50,961 nucleotides of DNA. Source: Pedosphaera sp. Its GTDB lineage: Bacteria > Verrucomicrobiota > Verrucomicrobiia > Limisphaerales > SIBE01. Numbering within the stretch: the first letter of the stretch is position 1; each line of letters begins with the position of its first letter. The notes below the pieces were generated by a model that worked only from the letters and a program-made list of their open reading frames with translations, made no database searches and was not told the DNA's origin. The position numbers and the translations under genes were made by a program. The stretch is taken from the NCBI GenBank assembly GCA_009695265.1, contig SIBE01000002.1:1-50961 (forward strand). Reading direction: 5' to 3'. This document shows, piece by piece, positions 40,000 through 50,100 of this stretch.

Positions 40000-42900
40000 A
40001 TGGAATCCCTGCAAATCTCCCGACATTGCCCACATTGTCTCTTACTTGCCCCATTGCTCGCGTTTCTGTCCCTGCTTGCCTTGCCTTACCAGTCTGCTGG
40101 AGCGCCCTCAAAGGAGCCTCACGTCGTCTTCGTCATCGGCGAAAACGAATACAACACTTGGGATACACTTCCTGAGTTTGCAGAAAAAGAACTCCGGCCT
40201 CAGGGTCTTCGTTTTACCTATGTCAACGCCTCGCCGCAGCAAGTCGCCAGCGAGTTCACCAACTTCGTGGCGATCAAGGAGGCGGATCTCCTGGTAATCA
40301 GCGTCCGCAGAAGAGCGCCACGCAAGGAGATGCTGGACTTGATCCGCGCTCATCTGGCCGCCGGCAAACCGCTCGTCGGGATTCGAACCGCAAGTCACGC
40401 GTGGGATGTGAAGCCTGCCGATGCTGAACATGACAACTGGCCCACCTTCGATGTCGATGTGCTGGGCGCGAAGTACGAGAACCATTATGGCCGCACCAAC
40501 ACCGGGCCTCAGGCCATCATCAAGGCTGTGCCGGAAGCGACGACACATCCGGCGCTGCGAGGCGTTCCGATCGAGTTCCCCAGCGATTCGCATCTTTACA
40601 AGTACACCAAGACTAGCGGCACTGTGACACCGCTCTTGATGGGGCATCTCGCGAGTCGGACCAACGTGGAGATGGCGGCTTGGACCTTTACCGGAAACAA
40701 CCGCCGCGTCTTCTACACCTCACTCGGCGGCACGGAGGATTTCAAACTGCAGGGTTTCAGAACGCTTCTACGCAATGCTGTGCTCTGGGCTTTGGATCGT
40801 CCGATTCCAATGGCTGCTCTCAGTGGCTCACCTTCAACCCTCGCCCATCATCTGCAGGAAGAGCCGTTGACTCCCAGCGAATCACTTCAGAAGTTTCATT
40901 TGCAGGACGACCTTGAGATCGAGCAAGTGCTCGCCGAGCCAGTCGTCGCACAGCCTGTCTTCCTGAACTTCGATGAGCGTGGCCGCATGTGGGTCGTCCA
41001 ATACCGCCAATATCCCTTTCCCGCCGGCCTCAAAATGATGAGCCGCGACAATGTCTGGCGCGCAGTGTACGACAAGATTCCGCAGGCCCCACCTCACCAC
41101 GTCCGAGGCGAGGACAAGATCACGATCCACGAAGACACCGATGGGGACGGAAAGTTCGACAAGCATACAACTTTCGTCGAAGGGCTGAATATTTGCACCT
41201 CTGTCGAACGCGGGCGCGGAGGAGTGTGGGTTCTAAATCCGCCGTATCTCCTGTTTTACCCCGACCGCAACAACGACGATGTGCCGGACGGTGATCCGGA
41301 AGTGCGTCTCGAAGGCTTCGGACTTGAGGATACTCATTCCGTGGCGAACAGCTTGCGCTGGGGACCAGACGGCTGGCTTTATGGCGCTCAAGGAAGCACA
41401 GTGACGGCGAAGATTACTGTTCGAGATTCCAAGGGGCGCGCGCTGAATGACAAGCCCATTTACTCCCAGGGCCAGAACATCTGGCGCTATCATCCCGAGA
41501 AGGGAATTTATGAAGTCTTCTCGGAAGGCGGCGGCAACGCGTTCGGGGTTGAGATCGATTCCAAGGGTCGCATCTTCTCCGGTCACAACGGAGGAAACAC
41601 GCGCGGCTTTCACTACATGCAAGGCGCGTATCTTCAGAAAGGATTCGAGAAGCACGGTCCGCTTTCGAACCCGCATGCGTTCGGATACTTCCCGCAGATG
41701 CCCCATGATGATGTCCAACGCTTCACACATAATTTCATCATCTACGACGCCGGCGCGCTGCCTGAACGCTACCAGGGCAAACTCTTCGGCGTCGAACCGC
41801 TACAGGGTCGCGTCGTCTTCAGCGACATCACGCCGGACAAATCATCCTTCCGCACGCATGACCTCGGCTACGCCGTCACTTCCGACGACCAATGGTTTCG
41901 CCCCGTCGATATCAAGGTTGGACCCGACGGCGCGATCTACGTATGCGATTGGTACGACCGCCAGGTAAATCATTTCCGAAACCATGAAGGCCAGATCGAC
42001 AAGAACAACGGACGAATCTACCGTATCCAACGAAAGAATCAGGCGCTGCATGGACCTTTCGACCTCGCGAAACTTTCGACCGGGCAGCTCGTCGAATTAC
42101 TCGAGCACAAGAATAAGTGGTACCGCCAGCAAGCGCTGCGACTTTTGGCGGATCGGCAGGACCGGTCAACTGATTACACTCGCAAACTCATCCCAGCTCC
42201 TGACAGCCTTACGAGTTCTTCAGCGCTCGAGTATCTCTGGCTGATCAATCTCACGGGTGGTTTCGATACCCGGCTTGCAGCCGCATCACTCCAAAGCGCC
42301 GATCCTCAAGTGCGCCTCTGGACCATCAGACTGCTCGGCGATGCAAAACAAATCCCACCTGAAGTCGTTCCAATGCTTGTTGAGCGCGCCGAACGGGATG
42401 CAAACCTCGAAGTTCGCGGCCAGCTCGCCAGCACCGCGAAACGTCTCCCGGCAGACTATGCCCTGTCCATTGTCCGCGCACTTCTTTCGCACGACGAGGA
42501 CACGACGGACAATCGCCTGCCGCTTCTGCTCTGGTGGGCCATCGAATCGAAAACGGAGTCGGATCGCGATGCGGTGATCGGCTTCTTCAGCGATGTGGCG
42601 CTCTGGAGTCATCCCATCGTAAAAGACCATTTGCTTGATCGCGTCATGCGCCGCTACGCCACAGCCGGCACCCGTCAGGATTTGCTCTCGTGCGCCAGGT
42701 TATTCGCCATTTCTCCAAAGGCCGAACTCACCGCCAAGCTCGTGAGCGGCTTCGAGGCCGCGTTCAAAGGCCGCTCGATGGCAAATCTTCCGGAAGAACT
42801 CGTGGGCGCAATGACCAAAGCGGGAGCACGCTCCATGGTGATTAGCTTGCGTCAGCGCCAACCGGAGGCGTTCGATGAAGCCTTGCGCGTCATCAACGAC

Positions 42901-43773
42901 GACGCAGCCGACAAAGAGCGACGGCTGCAGTTCGTGCAGATTCTCGGCGAAGTCAAGCAGCCGCGCGCTGTCGATGCCTTGCTGGGGCTCATTGGAAAAT
43001 CCAACGACCCCGCGCTCATCAAGGCGTCGTTAATTTCTCTTCAGAGCTACGATGAACCCCGAATAGGCGGGGCAGTGATCGACGCTTACAAGTCTTTCTC
43101 CGAAGACACCCGGACGAGCGCCCTGACGTTGCTGGCCAGCCGATCCGCTTGGGCGCTCCAGTTCCTGGAAGCGCTGGACGCCGGACGGGTCGTGCGACAG
43201 GCTGTGCCTCAGGATGTCGTCCGCAAAGTAAAGTTGTATGACACTCCTCGTCACCGCGAACTCTTGGCAAGAACGTGGCCTAACATTCAGACTCCCACGA
43301 CGGCGGAGATGGAGAAACAAATCAAACGCCTGGCCGGGGTTTTGAGCAAAGGAACGGGGAGCCCCTACGAAGGCCAGAAGCTCTACTCGGTTAGCTGTGG
43401 TGCCTGTCACAAGCTCTTCGGCAAAGGCGGCCAGATCGGACCCGACCTGACGACTTTCAAGCGTGATGACCTCGAGAACATGCTGCTCAACGTGGTCAAT
43501 CCGAATGCGGAAATCCGCGAGGGTTACGAAAACTTCCTCCTGACCACCAAGGACGGCCGGGCGCTTTCGGGGTTCATTGCCGACAAGGATGACCGCGTCA
43601 TTGTCCTCCGCGGGCTCGACGGCGAGAACTCAGTGTTGCCTCGCGACGAGATCAGCGAAATGAAGGCTGCAGGCGCCTCCCTGATGCCAGAGGGAATGCT
43701 TGAAGCATTGGAGGATCAGCAGGTCCGTGATTTGTTTGCTTACCTTCGCAGCACTCAGCCACTGGTGAAATAG
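40000..43773 (+). CDS. ThuA-like domain fused to a PVC-type membrane-bound-dehydrogenase / heme-binding CxxCH protein
   Basis: Signal peptide and ThuA-like GIRTASHA / RVFYTSLG. Propeller motifs FDERGRMWV, DTDGDGKFDK, WGPDGWLYG and FRPVDI.VGPDGAIYV.DWY. HEAT-like repeats, then CGACH, IGPDLT and SLMPEG. Confidence 0.9.
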   Translation: MESLQISRHCPHCLLLAPLLAFLSLLALPYQSAGAPSKEPHVVFVIGENEYNTWDTLPEFAEKELRPQGLRFTYVNASPQQVASEFTNFVAIKEADLLVISVRRRAPRKEMLDLIRAHLAAGKPLVGIRTASHAWDVKPADAEHDNWPTFDVDVLGAKYENHYGRTNTGPQAIIKAVPEATTHPALRGVPIEFPSDSHLYKYTKTSGTVTPLLMGHLASRTNVEMAAWTFTGNNRRVFYTSLGGTEDFKLQGFRTLLRNAVLWALDRPIPMAALSGSPSTLAHHLQEEPLTPSESLQKFHLQDDLEIEQVLAEPVVAQPVFLNFDERGRMWVVQYRQYPFPAGLKMMSRDNVWRAVYDKIPQAPPHHVRGEDKITIHEDTDGDGKFDKHTTFVEGLNICTSVERGRGGVWVLNPPYLLFYPDRNNDDVPDGDPEVRLEGFGLEDTHSVANSLRWGPDGWLYGAQGSTVTAKITVRDSKGRALNDKPIYSQGQNIWRYHPEKGIYEVFSEGGGNAFGVEIDSKGRIFSGHNGGNTRGFHYMQGAYLQKGFEKHGPLSNPHAFGYFPQMPHDDVQRFTHNFIIYDAGALPERYQGKLFGVEPLQGRVVFSDITPDKSSFRTHDLGYAVTSDDQWFRPVDIKVGPDGAIYVCDWYDRQVNHFRNHEGQIDKNNGRIYRIQRKNQALHGPFDLAKLSTGQLVELLEHKNKWYRQQALRLLADRQDRSTDYTRKLIPAPDSLTSSSALEYLWLINLTGGFDTRLAAASLQSADPQVRLWTIRLLGDAKQIPPEVVPMLVERAERDANLEVRGQLASTAKRLPADYALSIVRALLSHDEDTTDNRLPLLLWWAIESKTESDRDAVIGFFSDVALWSHPIVKDHLLDRVMRRYATAGTRQDLLSCARLFAISPKAELTAKLVSGFEAAFKGRSMANLPEELVGAMTKAGARSMVISLRQRQPEAFDEALRVINDDAADKERRLQFVQILGEVKQPRAVDALLGLIGKSNDPALIKASLISLQSYDEPRIGGAVIDAYKSFSEDTRTSALTLLASRSAWALQFLEALDAGRVVRQAVPQDVVRKVKLYDTPRHRELLARTWPNIQTPTTAEMEKQIKRLAGVLSKGTGSPYEGQKLYSVSCGACHKLFGKGGQIGPDLTTFKRDDLENMLLNVVNPNAEIREGYENFLLTTKDGRALSGFIADKDDRVIVLRGLDGENSVLPRDEISEMKAAGASLMPEGMLEALEDQQVRDLFAYLRSTQPLVK

Positions 43774-43778
43774 CCGGC

Positions 43779-44435
43779 TTACTTCACCGTCTGATCCTGT
43801 GGTCGCGCGGCACCGGGAGTCGCATTCAGATCCAGTTTGATCACCACATTGTCGCGGATGAGGTCGTTCGGTTTGCCTGGAAAATTGATATTAAAATCCT
43901 TCCGGTTGATCGCGAAATCGGCTTTGACCCCAACCGAGTTTGCACTCACCTGAACCTGTGCCGGAAACGAGACGCTCTTTGTCACTCCATGAAGATTGAA
44001 GTTGCCTGTGATCTTCGCCGGTTCAGCGGTCGCCTCGATGCTTGTGATCGTAAACGTCGAGACAGGAAATTTTTCCGCGTCGAAAAAGTCCGGGCTCTTC
44101 AAATGCCCGGTCAACCGGTCATTATCGGTCCAGGTCGATTGCATGGCGATCTTGATCTCAGGTGATCCCACGATCTTTCCGCCAGCCACCTGGATTGTTC
44201 CGGAGAAGTTGGTGAAACCACCGCTGTGGCTGCCAGTTACCTTGGACCCCACGAATCCAATCTTTGACTCGGCTCGGACAACGAAGTCTTTTCCGGCTCC
44301 CGCCGGAGCGGATCCCGCCGATTGTGGAGCGGAGCCAGAACTCTTATGCACAGTGTCCGAAGGATCGGAGCACCCGGCGAGAAAGGTTGCCACTGCGAAC
44401 GTGATTGATGATGTGATGATGCGGGTTGTTGTCAT
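43779..44435 (-). CDS. YceI-family lipoprotein
   Basis: LAGC lipobox, SKIGF, G.F..FSG, HLKSPDFFD..KFP, G.F.LHGVTK, INRKDF. Confidence 0.9.
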   Translation of the reverse strand: MTTTRIITSSITFAVATFLAGCSDPSDTVHKSSGSAPQSAGSAPAGAGKDFVVRAESKIGFVGSKVTGSHSGGFTNFSGTIQVAGGKIVGSPEIKIAMQSTWTDNDRLTGHLKSPDFFDAEKFPVSTFTITSIEATAEPAKITGNFNLHGVTKSVSFPAQVQVSANSVGVKADFAINRKDFNINFPGKPNDLIRDNVVIKLDLNATPGAARPQDQTVK

Positions 44436-44502
44436 GTTTGTAAGTTGGCTGAAGGATGTTGTTCAGGTCGGAACAGATTCAAATGAGTGGCGATAATGAC
44501 GG

Positions 44503-45309
44503 TCAAAATTTGGCGAGAAGCTCCTTCCATCGCTTCCACGCCTGTTCACGGGCCTTTTTGTTGGCGTCGTTTGCGTCAGGAGCCTCACCCGCACGCATGA
44601 AGCCATGTCCGGCACCGTCGTACGTCACCGGTTCATAGAGCTTGCCCGCTTTCTTCATTAGTTCGGTGGATTGGGGAATTGTGGCATTCACGCGGTTGTC
44701 GTTGCCGCCATAGAAGCCATAGACAGGACACTCGATTCGGGCGATGTCATCCGCCTTCTCCGGCCCGCTTCCGTAGAAAGCAAAGGCCGCTTTGATTTTC
44801 TTGCTGTTCGTTGCAAAGCGAAATGTTTGGGAGCCGCCCCAACAGAATCCGGCGACCGCGACCTTGCCATTGCAGGAGGGCAGCTTGGCGACGTAATCCG
44901 CCACTGCGCTCAAGTCCGCCGTAATTTGATCGAGCGGAAGCTTGCGGATTGCCTGGCCAACTTCGGCGCCGCTCTTGATCAATTCCGCCGTGCCGCCACC
45001 TCCCGGAGCGGTGCCCGAGAGCAGATCAGGCGCGATGGCGATGTAACCGGCTTCGGCCAGTTGATCGGTCACGCTCCGCGCCCAGTCGCTCAAGCCGAAG
45101 ATTTCGTGAATGACGATCACGGCGGTGGCCTTGTCCTTCACTTCCGGGTAAGTGATGAAGCAATTCACCTCGCGGTCGCCGTGTTTGACATTCACCCATT
45201 CTGGATGGCGCGGGGACTTTTCGAGCCGCGCCTTCGCCCAATCCTGAGCCGGCGCAGCAGCAAAGCCGAGTGCCAGAATGGCAACAAAGAGGAGAGTTGA
45301 GTATTTCAT
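44503..45309 (-). CDS. Dienelactone hydrolase family protein, secreted
   Basis: Signal peptide, IHEIFGL, GYIAIAPDL, GFCWGG nucleophile elbow, YDGAGHGF. Confidence 0.92.
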   Translation of the reverse strand: MKYSTLLFVAILALGFAAAPAQDWAKARLEKSPRHPEWVNVKHGDREVNCFITYPEVKDKATAVIVIHEIFGLSDWARSVTDQLAEAGYIAIAPDLLSGTAPGGGGTAELIKSGAEVGQAIRKLPLDQITADLSAVADYVAKLPSCNGKVAVAGFCWGGSQTFRFATNSKKIKAAFAFYGSGPEKADDIARIECPVYGFYGGNDNRVNATIPQSTELMKKAGKLYEPVTYDGAGHGFMRAGEAPDANDANKKAREQAWKRWKELLAKF

Positions 45310-45687
45310 AGGATGTCAGGGTTCATCCGGGGCCGTATCAAAAGCCGCTGGCTATTGGTACGCCGCGAGAACTTGGGGCTGATTCAGCAGAGCGGCGCGA
45401 CGTTGGTCAACGAAAGTTTTCGCTTCCATGATTGGGCTCTGACCTCGAAGGCCCGATTGAATCGTCTCTTCCCACAGACCTTTGCAAACACATTCGCACG
45501 AATGGTGAATGTATGTAGTGTTTGGCAAGTGGTCGTGATGAGTCCTTGCAAACGTTCCGCGAGCGGCTGGAGTTTCTCCCAATTCCGCCAATCCTCGGTG
45601 AGTTTAGGCGCGTGAGGTCGTTGCTTGCAGGTTACTTTTCAAACAAGGACGAAAGAAACTGCAGGAAAGAATTGATGCTGAAGATTT

Positions 45688-45709
45688 GGCGGCCCCCCGG
45701 GGGGCCGCC
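45688..45709. repeat. Perfect 22-bp GC-only palindrome GGCGGCCCCCCGGGGGGCCGCC
   Basis: Read directly from the sequence. Confidence 0.85.
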
Positions 45710-45882
45710 GTAACCGTTCCGACAATTTCAAGACCCCAGCAGCGATGCTGCCAATCGCATGGATGAGATTTTTTGTTGAAATTTAGGCAGCGGAACAACG
45801 AAAAAACCACCTCGTGATCGAGGTGGCGAAAGTCAAGCCACTGAGCAATGGCGCCGAATCTGATACCGACCGTGGGCGGGAA

Positions 45883-46059
45883 TCAAGCCGCGCGGTCGAG
45901 TGCGATCACGTTGGAATGTGAGTCATCCTTCACATTCAGGTGACCAGGCAATGCGCTCGTATTCTCCACCGCCGGCATCGAGTGCCGGGCCGCGCGAGCC
46001 AATCCAAGAACAAACATCAAGCTCACCACACCGTAAACAGTAAGAAGAATTGTCATCAT
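45883..46059 (-). CDS. Small 58-aa single-TM protein (below the ORF-track cutoff)
   Basis: Manual translation MMTILLTVYGVVSLMFVLGLARAARHSMPAVENTSALPGHLNVKDDSHSNVIALDRAA*. A hydrophobic N-terminus is followed by basic residues. Confidence 0.5.
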   Translation of the reverse strand: MMTILLTVYGVVSLMFVLGLARAARHSMPAVENTSALPGHLNVKDDSHSNVIALDRAA

Positions 46060-46584
46060 GGTGGAAGGTTCAGCAGGGCCAATGCCGGGAATTTCAACTC
46101 TGACTTGAGAGTTTGAACCAATGACCCAATCCCTTGATAATCAACATGCAAATATGAATGCGCGATATGAAACGCGAAGGGATGAACCATTGAGAACCTT
46201 GATTTCTGTCTTCTGACAGGACACTACTGTCCTATTTCTGGCCTCTGTCCATTCGGACGATCAAAACCGGAGGCGGACCGTGTTATCCACCCACACCAGT
46301 CCTATGAGCAATGCCAACCCGAGGATTACAAACAGAATCTCAACGGTCAGCACCACACTACTGCCCGAACCGCCAGATGATGATCTCTTTCTCCTGCGAC
46401 GCGACATTTTGGCTAGTCACTGGGTTGAATCATGGTTCGCTACTCTCTCCAAAGTCTGACGATTGGGAAAGTAATAAGAATCCCACCCTGCCAGGCTTCT
46501 GGGTGATTCCACGCACTTCAAGTTTCGTGAATTGGGAAGGTTTGACCATCGATTCACCTGAAATGCGACGATCCTTGGCAACGT

Positions 46585-46983
46585 TCAGCCAGCTTCACTT
46601 AGAAGTTTCTGCAGTTCTTGATAAAGTTCGACCAGGCGCGGGTAGGCCCAGATGCATGCCAGCACAATGAGTAAGGACACTCCAAAGATTCCTGCCGACC
46701 AGAAAACCTTCCATCGAGTAGGCATCGTTGGATGCCACCATACCAGTGGAAGCATGAGCGGCCCGATCCCCAGAAATGCGATGATCAAGCCACTTGGCCG
46801 GAATTTCCATGCAAGAGGGGTGTATTCGGAGCCAACGGAACGCGTCGCTATCGAAGCGGGAAGCGGCGGTGGGAGGTGAATGTTGAGCGCATTCGCTCCG
46901 GTCAACATGGAATTACAGAACCGGCATTTGATGGCGGCATCTTGAATCTCTTCCGCACAAAAAGGACATCGTTTCACGGACAA
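46585..46983 (-). CDS. Zinc-ribbon membrane protein
   Basis: CPFCAEEIQDAAIKCRFC, a Pro-rich linker and two hydrophobic segments. The start is uncertain (TTG 46983 or GTG 46977). Confidence 0.8.
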   Translation of the reverse strand: MSVKRCPFCAEEIQDAAIKCRFCNSMLTGANALNIHLPPPLPASIATRSVGSEYTPLAWKFRPSGLIIAFLGIGPLMLPLVWWHPTMPTRWKVFWSAGIFGVSLLIVLACIWAYPRLVELYQELQKLLSEAG

Positions 46984-47164
46984 TTAGAGAGACAATCTGC
47001 CCTGAAGACATGGGGTTTCAAATACATGGTGGAAAAATATGACGGTTCTCCAGCAGGTGCAACGTGGAAACTTCTTGAGACCTCCGGAAGAGCAAGAATT
47101 GCGGCGATGCCAATGGCTTAGCTAGAAATCTGAGAATGCCGTCCATCTCAACGCGACTATTTCT

Positions 47165-50100
47165 TCAAGGCAATCGGGTCAGATAGTGCTTCCGATAGCT
47201 TGCAAGATCCGCGTCACCCACTTCACCGTCACTGTTGAAGTCGAGTGAAGCGACAAAACCCAACTCCCCTGCCCGCTTCCGAATCGCCCGACTGAATGAG
47301 TAAAGGTCGAGTGCATCAACATCGCGATCGGCATCCAAATCTCCGTAGTAACGGAAGAACTCGAAGGAATTGCTTCGTTGTGGATCGGCAGCAAAGACCG
47401 CGACAGGATTGGATGCGGCATCGAAAATTCCGTCCGCGCGGAGGGTGGCTCGATAGTTTCCATCTGCCAGCGACCCACCTGTTAGCGCCGGGAAGGTCCA
47501 CGTGGCGCGATTGGCGGCTTTGTCGTAGTTCAAAACCATATCTGCCGCCGGAACATCGGCACCTGTCGTCAGATTCCTGATCACCAAGTCCTGCACTTTC
47601 AGAGAAGCGGAAACATCCTCGCTGAATACGATCTCCACCGACTTCACCATCGAGCGTTGAATCTCGCCACCGTTCAGAATCCAGCCGGTCACTTTCGGCG
47701 CCAGACGATCCAAGGAAACAGTCCGTTCAACGATGGTTACACCTTCCGGGCTCCAAACTTGAACGCGAAGAGTGTTCCCCCCCGCGTTCAATTTTACTTG
47801 TCCAAAGGTGAACGAGCCTTTGGTGTCGGAACTAACCGACCCGTCATCGAATCCGTCGCCATCGACATCCAAGAGAACGTCAACCCCGGGAACTGTGATG
47901 CCAGCGAGACCAACGACGGGAATGTTGGTAAGATCATCGCCCTTCACTCCGGAATCGGAAGCATCGTCCAGGGAGAATTGTGCCGGAGGACCAGTCACGA
48001 ATTGGACATCATCGATGACTACCACGCTGGTGGATGCGCTGAAACCGATCAGTTCGAAACTGATCTCCGCCAGAGCACCTGCCGTAACGCTTGCCAGACT
48101 CAACGTCACTGTCACCTGCCCGTCCAGAGAAAGCGTCCCTCCAGAAGACGCGAGGCCGGGAACTGTCGCCTCGCGAGCGAAAAAAACGGTCTTGTTTGAC
48201 TGCAGGCTGAAACTTGCATCGGTCTTCGCCAAGCCCACCGCCCGTCCAATCAGTCGTTCGCCGGAATTAGGATCGTAGAGGGCGACCTCGAATGCGTCCG
48301 GAGGATTCAAAACGTTGCCTTCAAACGTTGCCGAACGGATGGTGAATTTCAGGGATGAATTTCCGCGAGGAACGACAAACCGCTGTCTCAAATTCGCGAA
48401 TGTTTCCGAGCCTTCCGTGAGAACAGCAGCCCCATTTACAACCTTCACATCACCTCGAACCGTCCATCCAAAACCCGGCTGTTGAACGTCAGGATTGTTG
48501 AACGCCCCGTTCAGAATGGATGGCTGCGACGCGATACCCGCGAGCGCGACGGGGCGAGAGGCACTCACACTCGATTGTTGCACAGGGCTGGATTTCAACG
48601 GTGTCGCAGGAACCCGATCAGTCAGCGCAGGGTTTCGTTCGGACGGAATAAGTGTCGAAACCTGCAACAGAACTGTAGATCTCGACAGGGATGCGGGCAA
48701 TTCGGATCTCGGGGTTTGCTTGGCCTCGATGGTGTTCGTTGGAGGAGAGATCGTCTGCAATTGCGCGGTAACTGAAAGTTCGGGGATCAGGAACGTCGGC
48801 CAGAAACCGAGGGTCGAACTGAAAACGACGCGCTGATTTGTGGTAAACACGAGGCCACTGAGTTCGTTGTCCAATCCTAGTTCGGCGGTATCAAACGACC
48901 TCACGAGATTGCCGACCAAGTCCAGTTCATAGAGAAGCTTTGTTGTGTCGGCAGCCACCACCAGGTTGCCGCTTGTCGGATTGATCGCGATCCCGCCGGA
49001 GCTGAAGCGAAGTGGCAACGGAACATCAAAGCGGCGTAGTTCCGACCCAGTTTTCGGATCAATTTCGACGACATGCTTCGGCAACAAACGGGAGGTCAAC
49101 TGCTGGGTCACCGGGTCGATCACCTGAATGAACTCATCCGCGCTTGTGAGGAGGAACAGGTGGCTGCTCGGCTTGTGAAAGACGATTCCAACCGCCTCGT
49201 AATCCTGCGTGAGTTCCAGCGAGGCGAGAATGGTGCCGTCAGTTGCGCTGATGGCGAAAACTTTGTCCCGCGATTGATCGCCATTGATCACGAGCAGGCT
49301 GCCGGCAGGCACGGACTTACCTCCCAAGGTGATGGCATCCGTCAGAAAAAACAGGCCGGTGTGAGTGCTGGTGCTCACCTGCGGGGGCAGACGGAAACCG
49401 AACCTGGCCGGATCTGGATCCGGCTGCCGGGTGGCGTCCTTGATCCGGATGATCGACGTTTCCGTGGCGAAGAAGAGGACGCCGCTGGCCGCGTCGAAGG
49501 CCACGTCGTAGTAAGGGATGGACGGGGGAGGCACCGGTTCATCGGATTTCGTCACCCGCACGCTCACGCTGGAAGGCTTGGATCGACCGGTGTCGTCATC
49601 GACGGCAATCACCGAGGCGATGTAGGAGGGGCTCTCTGTTTCGTACGAGTGGGTCACCGTGGGATCATTCGTGCGCGAAGTTGTACCATCTCCAAATGCC
49701 CACTCGAAGTGATCCATCGTCTCGAGCGGGCTGGGATCTGTCCAGGTGGCTGTGAAGACCACGGGTTCCCTAATTTTCACCGGGTTTGACGAGGCGGTAA
49801 TGGCGACGGTGGGATCCAGGTTGGCAACGGTCAGCGACGTGGTGGAATTCCCGCTGCCGGCGTCGTCATCGGTGATCGTCACCGAGATGGGATAGACGTT
49901 GCGCGGAATACCATCACCCGGCGATGGACCATCGTCCGGGAACCTGCGCAGAGACGAGACGTAGCTCCTCTCGCCCACACCAAGGCTGATGACTTCCAAT
50001 CCATCCGGCCACTGAATGGTGACCTTGAACGTATCGAGCGCTCCGACATCCGTGAAAGAGCCGCGCAGCACGACGGATTCGTTCTCGTTGATCACGCCTG

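Noticed and set aside
45313-45810. Short ORFs at 45313-45615, 45352-45591, 45522-45713 and 45604-45810 (likewise 46311-46670)
   Set aside because: They overlap each other or real genes, have atypical composition, and show no motifs or ribosome-binding sites.
46134-46144. TTGAT/ATCAA as an FNR box
   Set aside because: The spacer is 1 nt, not the required 4 nt.
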